Shown here one piece after another: positions 12,280-23,777 of a stretch of DNA of 64,000 nucleotides. Every line of letters starts with the position of its first letter. Within the stretch, counting starts at the first letter, position 1. The stretch covers positions 114,886,001-114,950,000 of the forward strand of contig NC_042999.1 of the NCBI RefSeq assembly GCF_006345805.1, read 5' to 3'. The translations under genes and the position numbers were made by a program. The notes below the pieces were generated by a model that was not told the origin of the DNA, searched no databases, and worked only from the letters and a program-made list of their open reading frames with translations. The stretch is from Octopus sinensis. Lineage: Eukaryota.

Positions 12280-13230
12280 TGACTGAAACAGTCATTTGAC
12301 TGCGCAGCAAGTTCAACAGACCATTGATTACAATCCCAGAAAGTCCATGAGGTCAATTGCAAAAGCTCTCCATGTGTCAGAAGGAACAGTCAGAAATGTT
12401 GTCCACGAAGACATCAGATATAAGTCTTATATGATGAGGAAAAGTCAATTTGTCAGAAAAAAACAAAAGAAAATCACTACTTTAGATTTAAAAGGCTCTT
12501 AAACAAACTGAAAAATCCAGCAGAAGATTCGAATTCGTTTTTCTCAAACGAGAAAAACTTCAACCAAGACCAAAAATTAACAGAAGAAATGACAGATGGT
12601 TATGTGCAGACCCTTCTGAAGTTCTAAGTGTTATGTATACAAAAAATTTCCTGCAACTGTCATGGTTTTAGGAGTTGTCAGCAAAGAAGGACATGTGATG
12701 GCGCCTTACTTCTTTTCACAAGGCCTTACAGTTAACTCTGACGCCTACATTGAGGTCTTACATTAAGCTCTGGATAGACAGTGTATGCAATGGAAGGCCA
12801 TATGTGTTTCAGTAAGACACATCACACATGGCTCTAGTAACACAGGAATGAATGGTTGAAAATATTTTCATGATCATATAACCCCTAACATTTTACCTCC
12901 TAATTCCCCAGATCTCAATCTATTGGACTATTACATGTGGAGCGTTATTGAGAGAGAGGTCAATAAACACGCCTATAGCACCAAAGATTCTTTGAAAGCT
13001 GCCATAGTCAGAGTAATGTCCAAAATGAAACAGGACCACTTGATTCGAGCTTGTAGTTGATTTAGATCTCATATAGAAGCAGTTGTTGAAGCTGAAGGTG
13101 GGGTTATTGAATAAAGAAAGTTTATTTTTATCCTCATAGCATTTTTTAATAAACAAAGTTATTATCTGTTACTATGTATCTGTTATTTTTTTATGAACAT
13201 AAATCTATCCTCAAATATCTTACGTGTCCT
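12280..13230 (+). mobile_element. Tc1/mariner (maT-like) transposase remnant
   Basis: MRSIAKALHVSEGTVRNVVHEDIRYKSY, FFSNEKNFNQD, PPNSPDLNLLDYYMWSVIEREVN; stops and frameshifts. Confidence 0.85.
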
Positions 13231-14289
13231 GAACATGTGTAAGATCCTAAAGGGCCCCGCTCCCAACTATGTACCCTTCTCCCTTTGTTTTCTCTAGTTT
13301 GTAGATCTTGAACCAACACTGAGCTTTAAGTTTACACTCACTGACCGTATAATTTTTTGTTGCTTTCAGTAGTAGAAGTATCTACCCCATGATATCTTTC
13401 TTTAGTTTCGATCCTAGATGGACCTACAATTACGAGAATCACGTGACTTGGCTTCTGAACACTGCATAGCGCCTCTGACAAAACGCGAACCAATATTTTA
13501 TTGAAATATTAAACAATATTTTATTGAAACAACCAGCAACAATAATTCTGCTTTGATTTCATGCACATAATTTTTGTATCCCGAAACCAAGCTGGTCTGT
13601 TGGTTCTGTCAATTCGTCAGAAGGTGATAGGGCGATAGGTCTTCGCTCCCCTACGTGCAATATATCGGATGCAGGTTGCATCGTTAACCAGCTAGAGAAA
13701 TGTCCTCTTGGGGTTAAAGCATCGCAGTAACGTCCGTTCGTACGGAACAGTCAGGTTGAAGTGGCTACAAACATTACTTTCATCTCTTACAGAAATTTTA
13801 TAACTAGCTGCTTTTCATACACATAGTTTGGGAATAAGAATTAGGGTACCAACTGGATCTGTAGACTCTGCGTTGTCATAGGAATGAAATGTTTGGCAAG
13901 CTTAACAAAATAAAAGAGCAAAAGCAATATGGTAAAACGCTTGTAGGGACTGACGATTTGTCTGCAAATGTTATTGTTGAAGCCCACTTAAGTAGGCAAG
14001 TTATTGCTGATCCCGAGTTGGCACTAATTGAGCAACTCTGTGGTCATAGAAATTCCATCCATGACCTTCTTGTATGTGTTTTGAGCATTGCATATCCAGG
14101 AGTACATTAACTAATGTGCCTGCTCCTTTTGAATTCGCTAGGGCGCCATATAAGGGGGTTTGGCTTATTGTTTATATCAAGACAATTAGCTGCGTACAGG
14201 TACAGTATTTGTTCACAGGAACGAGATTCACTATTGATAGAGTCATATAAAATTGAATATTATTAGAAAGAAATAATGTGAATGCGTTA

Positions 14290-14830
14290 TTTATGAACAG
14301 ATGCATTTATCAAGAGAAGAAAATTGTATTTATCAAATGAAGAGAGATGTATTTACCAGAGGAAGAGAAATGTAGTTATCAAGGGAGTATATTTATATAT
14401 TTATCATGAGAAAAGAAGCACATTGAACAAGTAAATAAAAATGTATTCATATATACTAAAAGTAAAAACTGGAGGTCAGCTATCGAGAGAGCAGATATTT
14501 CGTTATCATAGGAACAGAAATCTATTGACCAAGAGAACGTAAATGTATTTATTAAGAAAAGAGAAGTGTATATATATTAGGGAGACAGAAATACAGGCGT
14601 CAAGGGAGCAGAAATTTGTTTATCATGATAACTGAAATGTTTTATATAGAGCAGAAAAATGCATTTATCAAGGTAACAGAAATGTATTTATCAAAACTAC
14701 ACAAATATACGTATCAAGGGTGCAAAAATGCAATTTATCAAACAAACAGAAATATATATGCCGGGATCAGAAATGTATTCATCATGAGAATCGATTGGAC
14801 GAAAATGTTTATTTATCAAAGGAACAGAAC
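14290..14830 (+). repeat. Degenerate minisatellite, unit about 22-25 bp (consensus near GGAACAGAAATGTATTTATCAA)
   Basis: Roughly 20 recognisable agaaatgtatttatcaa-like units. Confidence 0.75.
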
Positions 14831-15042
14831 TTTCTGCTGGAGTTAAAACAGAAGTCTTTATGGTGTGTTTTGAGTAAACTTTCGTCTATCTAATAATCAA
14901 ATTTCCATGGATTCCTGATAGTTGATGTCACTAAACGATGATCTTCCGTCTTAAGAACAATGTCGTGTTTGAGGCATAACAGAAATTAGTTGGACTGAAT
15001 CTATGGTTGATATACGAATATAGCATGAATAATTATAAGTTA

Positions 15043-16343
15043 CTAGCAGAGATACCCGGCGTTGCCCGTGTTACATACAATTAAAGAATTAGACTTTTCT
15101 GTTATGTTTTCTCTAATGAACTGGAATATCTATGTTTCGAATTTCATCAAAATTGCAGATGAGGGTTATTTCCCTCTTTACACACCCCAAAAAACTGTAA
15201 TCGTGCCACATACATCCCATATTACTGATTTTTATGCGCATATTCCAAAATTCCAGTTTTAATGAACCTGTTAAAAGGAATTTGCTCCTGAAAAATGAAG
15301 TCATAGAGCTCTAAAATGTGAGAGTTAAGGCCCCTGTTGGGGGTGGGCATCTTAATGTCAACCAGAGAAGTTGAATTCTTGAGAATATTTTTTACTTGGG
15401 TCTTATATCTATTGTTTGAATTTCTTTGAAATAGGAAATATATGTTCACTGGATTTGTAAAAGAGAGCAAAGCTACAGGAAACCAAAAGACGAATGATCA
15501 CAATAAGCAATCAGTTACCCTACCCTAGTCGTTACCACTCCCAATGTAGGATTTCTCACCATCCAGGTGACAGGCACAGCCGCAAGATGCATTACGAATC
15601 TATAGCAATTGGAAGGGCGTGACCCAACTGAAATAAACATTAACAACTGTGTGACGTGAGGGCTAAGGAGAAATGAAAGTTGGAGTTTGCAAATGACCAC
15701 TATATTGATATGTAACTGGACAGAATAAATTTACAATCTATAAATGTCTTTGAATAACCAGTCACTCATCTGGGAAGGTCTTGAAATCAATGTTACCATC
15801 TGGGGACTATGTGTGACCGAGTGATAATAAAAAGACTGAAAGGAGGTCTGCAATCAAATAACTTTACTCAACACTTTGCAACTGAATCAGTGGAGGCAAA
15901 GATGCCTCTCATTTACTTGACAATTTATGCACCACATTGCAGAAATCACAATGTAAGTGTATGTCAAAGCAAACTGTTACATTGTTGTACCATTGAATTA
16001 GAAATAATGCTCAACTTTTATGCTAGGGTAACCCTACCGCTTCCAAGAGCACAACTGTATTCGTTTTTGCTTTGATAAAATGACAAAATTGTGGGTGTTA
16101 AGTCCCCATGGAGGGGTCTTTATAACTTGTAAGAAGATGAAATTTTATAAATATTACTTCATTTGTGTCTAATATCTATGGTTAAAATTTCCTCAACATC
16201 ATAAATATATGAATTGCCATGGGGGTAATGGCCCTTATGCATAGAATAAAATTTCCAATTTCATAAGATCCATTCAGTACTTTTGACCTAGTTTTGGATA
16301 AAACAAAAATGACTAAAATTTTGGAGTTAAGGCTCCCATTAGG

Positions 16344-16360
<17 letters not shown>
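15043..16360 (-). mobile_element. Non-autonomous Helitron-like element
   Basis: Minus strand ends with GC hairpin cacgggcaacgccggg then CTAG|T at 15043; other end runs into the tatatatataaaa 5' signature. Confidence 0.6.
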
Positions 16361-16421
<61 letters not shown>

Positions 16422-16448
16422 CGTGTGTGTGTGTGTGTGTGTGTGCAA

Positions 16449-16513
<65 letters not shown>

Positions 16514-16574
16514 CACACACATACAAAGATAAATTGATAGATACAACTGATTGGACAAACAAAAATATGACACA

Positions 16575-16780
16575 CAGCCTAGTGCTTTTTTATGTTGATA
16601 AGCCTGGTACTTATTGTATTAGTTTGTTAAGTGGATGTAAGTTAAGTGGATGTAAATAAATGAACAGCAGTTGTGAAGCAATGATGAGGGCGAAACACAG
16701 AGACAAAAACACACATACACTTACATATATAGATACATATATATACGATTGATTTGTTTCAGTTCCTGTCTACGAAATCC
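16575..16780 (-). mobile_element. SINE family 1-related partial copy
   Basis: tttcagttcctgtctacgaaatcca and gcctggtacttatt segments match family 1 in reverse. Confidence 0.5.
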
Positions 16781-16792
16781 ATATATATTGTT

Positions 16793-17640
16793 GCGGGCAC
16801 CCTTTTTGTCTCGGGAGACAATGGAGTTGCGCATAAAATAATCTAGTCCAGCTTTTACATTTCATGTCCTAATACATCTCCTGCTGTGGCTGTGTAGTCC
16901 TATCCTGGACAAACACTCCCTCTGGCAGGTGCCGCAAATGTAACGTTGTAATGTCATACTATCTTGTTGACGTCTTTTCTTGTCTTTCCATTTCTCCTCT
17001 CTCTCTATGTCACTCGTTGTGTTCCCACTTTTACGGTACGTCGCCAATCTCCACGGTTGCTGGCAACTGCATCCCAGTTGGTAATATTGATGTTGCAGGC
17101 ATTCATGTCCCTTTTTCAAACATCCTTGTATCGTAAGAACGGTCTTCCCACAGACCTAATGCCCCTAGCAAACTCTCCGTAGAGTATGTCCTTGGGGATT
17201 CTGCCATCTTCCATACGGCTAACATGTCCAAGCCATCTGATACGTCTTTGTGTGAGGAGTGCAAACATGCTTGGTATTCCTGCTTGCTTGAGGACATCTT
17301 TGTTGCGGACACAATTCTGCCATTTGATGCGAAGGATTTCCCGGAAGCAGCGCAGGTGAAAGATATTTAGGCAACGCTCTTGGCGTGTGTATGGCGTCCA
17401 AGTCTCACTTCCATACAGTAGAGTGCTAAGTACACATGCCTGGTAAATCTTCATTTTTGTGGTCTTGGTCAGCTTATTGTTGTCCCATGCCCGTTTGGAT
17501 AGTTGGGCCATCACAGCAGCTGCTTGTCAATGCGTATATTGAGCTCAGTATCAAGGGATAGGTTGTAGGTGACGGTAGAGCTAAGATAGGTAAACTTCTC
17601 CACCTCTTGTAGTCTGTGATCTCCAATATGCATGTTTGGG
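16793..17640 (-). mobile_element. RTE-clade LINE 3' fragment (C-terminal region and C2HC finger)
   Basis: IYQACVLSTLLYGSETW, RWLGHVSRMEDGRIPKDILYGE, CGTCQRECLSRIGLHSHSRRC. Confidence 0.9.
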
Positions 17641-18263
17641 ATGTATATACATACACACACACGCTCACACACACGCACGCACGGACACACACACACACAC
17701 ACATAAACACACATAAACACACATAGATACATGCACACAGGTGTGTGTGTGTCTGTACGTGTAGTATATAGGGTTTTGAGAAGCGTGGAACCATCCGTTA
17801 GACAGTGTTGTACCTAGGTCTAGTCTGACCTGGAGTAGTAGCTCGTTAGGATCCCAGCTATGAGTGAATTGGCAATTGAAATACTGGGCGTTCTCATTAG
17901 AACCACTTTTAAGGAGGAGGTGAATTTGTATAGAAAAAAAATGCCTGAGGTACAATTGGTTTCTGGTAATTTCAACATCTGTTGTGCTACTGGTTTTTTG
18001 ACTGATTGCGCCGAAAAGTAAGTTCAGTGCTGTACAACACTTTGTCCACTCAAAACAATTTTACACGCAGGAACGTCCTAGACTGCCAGAGTATTTGCAT
18101 GGACTTGCTGAGTTTAGGAAGCGGTTTTACTCGGTCACTAGTTGACTTGCGCAGATAGACGAGCAAGCAGGGGGACAAGAAGGCAGTAGACATACAGTCA
18201 TGTAAATGGACAGACAAGTCGACAGGTGGACAGATAGTTAGCTGGTTAGTTAGACAGACAGAC

Positions 18264-18345
<82 letters not shown>

Positions 18346-18526
18346 AGAGAGAGACTGACAGACAGATTGATTACACACCCATCACATTAGATTCGTTCGG
18401 TTGGATGATGGTACACGTCAGAGGGTGAGAAATCTTATGGTGACTAACATCCTGTTACTTTCTAAAATATTGGCCTGTTCAATTGAACGACCGAACAAAA
18501 CCGATGTCCAGGATTTTGTATATATC

Positions 18527-18569
<43 letters not shown>

Positions 18570-18578
18570 ATATATATA

Positions 18579-18642
<64 letters not shown>

Positions 18643-18655
18643 ATATATATATGTA

Positions 18656-19367
18656 TCTTTATATATATAAAACTGAGAATGTGTGTCTGTCTGTCTGTGT
18701 GTTTCCCTAAAACTTGAGAACTACACAACCAATTTCATTCAAATTTTACACATGCCTTACTTAGGGTCCATGTAGTTTTATGGGCAAAAAAATGTTCAAC
18801 TTCTTGCCTAGAGCGAGCCCATAGCAATGTCATATCTTCTCCACTATTTCAGTATTACGTGTTAAAAGTGAAACAAAAATATTTCTCTATTTTATGTCAG
18901 ATGCTTTCATTTTAACAATAAAAATAATGATAACAATTGAATTATATGTAGTAAGTAATAATTAAAATCAAACTAAAGTATAATATAAGCGTAACATACA
19001 AAAGTAAAAATAGCAATTGATATAAAATTGCATGAATGATTTGAACTTGAATAAGTGGTTTCACATGAATGGGAATAAATTAAAAATATAATTAGTGTGC
19101 AGAAATGGAATAGTCCAGATGGATAATAAAAAATTAAATTAAAGAAAAGACTATTGTCTATAAAATATACAATGTAGAGAAAAAAGAAGAGCTAACAATT
19201 CCAGTCTGTTATATATTTTGAGTATTGTTATCACTAGCGATATCAAGATATAACTTTGTATTTTGCATTTTATGTGTAGATGTATATATATAGATGTACA
19301 TGTAATATCTACACATATATACATGCACTATCACTATGACCCGGCAATGACGGGTCTTTAATGCTAG
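18656..19367 (+). mobile_element. Non-autonomous Helitron
   Basis: A|TC 5' end followed by tatatatataaaactgag and (TGTC)n; 3' hairpin gacccg-gcaatga-cgggtc (19338-19356) and CTAG|T. Confidence 0.75.
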
Positions 19368-19580
19368 TATATATATACACGCACGCATGCACACACACAC
19401 ACACACATATGTATATGTATATATATGAAGCCTGTGGTCGCGTGAAACTCCTTTCGTGAAATACAATACAATTTGAGTTTAATAAACCATATACTCTATA
19501 ACATTTATGAAATACCTTTCTCATATTTGCTCGACGCACTACAACGTTTCTGTGTACATAAGTCTGTGAATATATATGTC

Positions 19581-20842
19581 CAGGGTGCGATGGGTAATTT
19601 GTCGCCATTATATATATATATCTCATTTCACGTATGCGCATAGTTTGTTTTTGCCTTTGTTGACTACACAGTATAGTAGAGTCAGTTGGGCACCGTCTGT
19701 GACAAAAACAGCACCATAATGCAATTTACTCTGCCAGAAATTTGGAAACGACATTTTGTATTGCTTGACATCTGCGCAGGAAGCTCCAATACGAACATTT
19801 CAGAGTGTTTGGGTGTCAATCTGAGGACAGTGCAGTGGATTCGGAAACAGTTGGATGAGTCTGATGGTGTTTACGAAGGTACGGTAGCTCGGAAAACTCA
19901 CTCTGATCGTTCTGATAAGAAAAGAACTCCTGGATTTGTTGGTGAGATCAAGGCCACAATTATCAGGTCCACCGCCAGGAACATGGGAGTGTCTGAGTTT
20001 CTTATCAGGCTGGTAACGCATGAAGACATCCGGTATTTTTCATGCAAGATGAGAAAGGGCCAATTTTTATCTCAAGCCATCAAGACAAGAGGAAAGATCG
20101 CTTCAAAGTTTTTGAACAAACTCAAGCATTCCCTCCAACTGAACATGCTTTGGTTTTTCTCAGACTAAAAAAATTTCTGCCAGAATCAGATGGTGAACAC
20201 ACAAAACAACCGTTGGCTAGCTGTGTCCCTAAAACATGTACCGAGAGTGATAAAAATCAAACATCCAATCAGCATCATGCTGTTTGGAGTAATCACTAGT
20301 GATGGTGATGTTATGCTTCCCACATGGTCTCAGACTCAACACGGAGGCCTGCATCAAGTGCCTGGAGGAGGTAGTGCTGCCCTGGGTCAAGAGGGCGGCT
20401 GATGGAAGATAAGATGTCTGGCATCAGGACTCTGCACCATGCCACACAAGCAGAACAACCCAGTCATGGCTGTCAGATAATTTCTGCGACCACACCACCC
20501 CTAACATCTGGTCACCTAACTCCCTAGACCGCAACACCCTTGATTGCTATGTGTGTGGCGCAGTTGAGCGAGAGACCAATAATACTCCTTGTAAAACCAA
20601 TGATGAACTGAAGGCAAGCATTCACCAGCTTAAACAAGGAGACCGTCCAGAAGAGTTGCAGGATATTTCGAAGTCGTCTAGAGGTTGTGGTTGAAGCCAA
20701 TGTCGATTTTATTAAATAAATTTACTCTTTTGTATTTCAAGATATTTTTATATAATTTTGGTAAATATATCTGTTAAAATGAAACGTCAGTGTTATTTTC
20801 ATTTTTGCGTAATTTAGACGACAATTTATTCACCGTACCATG
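19581..20842 (+). mobile_element. Full-span maT (DD37D) Tc1/mariner element, inactivated
   Basis: Imperfect TIRs; FFSD, HQDSAPCH and third D counted 37 residues after the second; stop and frameshifts. Confidence 0.9.
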
Positions 20843-20979
20843 TATATAAACGGGTGTGTTTTTGTGCGTATATACATACACATATATTCAGCTCTTTACG
20901 TCTTGACAGACGCTCTAAGCAGCGGAAAATGTCTTAATTAGGTACTCGTAGTCAGCTTGCTATATGTGTGTGTGTGCGT

Positions 20980-21011
<32 letters not shown>

Positions 21012-22133
21012 TTGTGTGTGTGTGTATTCTGTATGTATCGCATTGTAAGCAATGTTTGTTGCTTTCAAAACGGAGTTGCATAGCACTTATCTTGTCGGAG
21101 TTGTCCGTCTAACCTCGATATGGGATTGATTAATAAATTTTGTTAATCAATCTGCATTTTAAACACAACAAGAGTTTATGCGAGAAACGAGTAACGAATT
21201 GTGCTTCACTACAATCAGTCGACTGATCCTATTACAATATTATATGTGTGTGTACATACATACATACATACATACATACATACATACATACATACATACA
21301 TACATACATACATACATACATACATACTAGACATGTAACAAATGCTCTCCACAGAACTAGTTAGGTGCCTAACACTTTTAACTAAGCCTCGAACCATCAA
21401 TTTCAAAAGTTTTTGATTTTATATTTGACATTAAAATTGTTATGCAAAGAATTAATTAATTCAATGATTAATATCATTTCAAGTTTTCTCCTGTGAAACA
21501 GAAGTTAGCAATCTGTGGCTTAACACTGAAAAATAACAATGGGAAAGACTCAACCTTCCAACTTAAAAAACGATTGAAAACAACAAAATTATGAAAAAAC
21601 TGAATTGATAAGAAGAAAAAAAGTAAAACTATAAAAGATTAAATTATAGAAAATTCTTTCACTTTAGATAAATATAAGTGAAATCAGAAATCAACCACCA
21701 GAATTACTTCAAACCCAGATTTACATCAACAAGAAAACAAAGAAAAGGCAAATTAAAGGAATTAAACAATGAAAGATAGGGAGTGTCAGGCAAGCCCCCA
21801 CCAAGACGGGCTGGATGCTGAATACGGCGGCCAGAAATTTAGCCTCATTACATCTCACATTTATCACGTCCGACCTGGGCCGATCGATCTCAGGTTCAAG
21901 GAGCTTTATGGTTGGGATGATCTGTTGAACATTCCCAACTTGCGACTCTGCTGAATCATCCAGGGTCACATCATCCAACTACCTGACGGGTGGGCGGACA
22001 GAATGGGCAACATCATCGACAGCCAACACGAAAAGGAGCGGACGGGAGAGTGTCACCTTGCTGGACGCCTGCAGCCCAAGTGACCCTGTTCTCAGCAACC
22101 ACCAATACTTCTCATCGTTACTCTTATACACAC

Positions 22134-22227
<94 letters not shown>

Positions 22228-22244
22228 TTATATATATATATTCT

Positions 22245-22624
22245 ACTCAAGGCACAAGGCCCGAAATTTTGGGGGAGGGTGCCAGTCGATTAGATCGGTC
22301 CCAGTACGCAACTGGTACTTAATTTATAGACCCCGAAAGGATGAAAGGCAAAGTCAACCTCGGCAGAATTTGAACTCAGAACGCAAAGACAGACGAAATA
22401 CTTATTTCTTTACTACCCACAAGGGGCTAAACACAGAGGGGACAAACAAGGACAGACACACGGATTAAGTCGATTATATCGACCCCAGTGCGTAACTGAT
22501 ACTTATTTAATCGACCCCGAAAGGATGAAAGGCAAAGTGGAACTCAGCGGAATTTGAACTCAGAACGTAACGGCAGACGAAATACAGCTAAGCATTTTGC
22601 CCGGCGTGCTAATGTTTCTGCCAG
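22245..22624 (-). mobile_element. SINE family 2 dimer (head-core-tailA-core-tailB)
   Basis: Two cores in tandem; head cut at the CR1 junction. Confidence 0.85.
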
Positions 22625-23687
22625 AGCGGTGTTCCGCAAGGCACTGTTTTGGGACCACTGCTGTTCATAATGGCCCTCTCAGACATGCCCTCAGCCACGC
22701 AGAGAGCCACGATCACAAGTTATGCAAATGATAGAAAAGTTTCACAGGTAGTTCAGAACCCTGAAGACACTATGCACCTGCAATGTGAGCTGGACGAAAT
22801 AGACAAGTGGGCTGAAAAGAATAGCATGCAGTTCAATGCTTAAAAGTTTCAAGCTTTATGTTATCAGCATGCACAACTAAATGCAATACCCAATAAATAC
22901 ACTGGACCTGGAGGGATTGCAATCTCAGAGGCACAATCAATGCGAGACCTGGGTATTTACATGAGTAATGATGCAACCTTTCATATGCATACTGCTAAAT
23001 TGGCAATGAAATGTAGGCGGCTGACCGGATGGATTCATAGAGCTTTTAGAACAAGAGACCAGGAAACCATGATGGTCCTCTGGAGGACACTTGTCCTAAG
23101 CCACTTTGACTATTGCTCTCAGCTATGGTCACCAACCAGTGTCAAATTAATCACAGAACTTGAGGCAATCCAACGAAGCTACACGAAGAAGATGACCTCT
23201 ATGCATCATATAAGCTATTGGGATTAAGACTCTATTCCTTAGAGCGTAGGCAAGAAAGATATGTCATAATATACATCTGGAATATCCTGGAAGGACTTGT
23301 CCCAAACTTTGGCATCGAGAGTTACACAAATACTAGAACTAGGCGCCACTGCATAGTGCCAAGGACTCCAAATTTGCCATCAAGATGTAGGACAAGATAC
23401 TGCGATAGCCTGGGCTTCAGGGGTCCACAGCTCTTCAATATCCTCCCAAAGGACCTGAGAGACCTGCATGGGGTGGATGCAGATGTCTTTAAAATAAAAC
23501 TGGACCTCTTCCTGTCAGGTGCCCGAGATGAAGCAACTTCACAGCAGGAGGTGCAGATGAGGGCAGATGCACTAAATGTCAATTGCTAAAAATCATTCGT
23601 GAAGTAAAATCATGTAGCAACACCGAATGGCGGTGCCCCAACATGGCCAGAGCTCGTGAGCTGAAACTAGATGAAATGAAATGAAAA
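22625..23687 (+). mobile_element. 5'-truncated CR1-clade LINE (RT C-terminal part and 3' UTR)
   Basis: SGVPQGTVLGPLLF, YAND (degenerate YADD), LSHFDYCSQLWSP, LERRQERY; (ATGAA)n tail. Confidence 0.9.
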
Positions 23688-23708
23688 TATACATACATAC
23701 ATACATAC

Positions 23709-23774
<66 letters not shown>

Positions 23775-23777
<3 letters not shown>

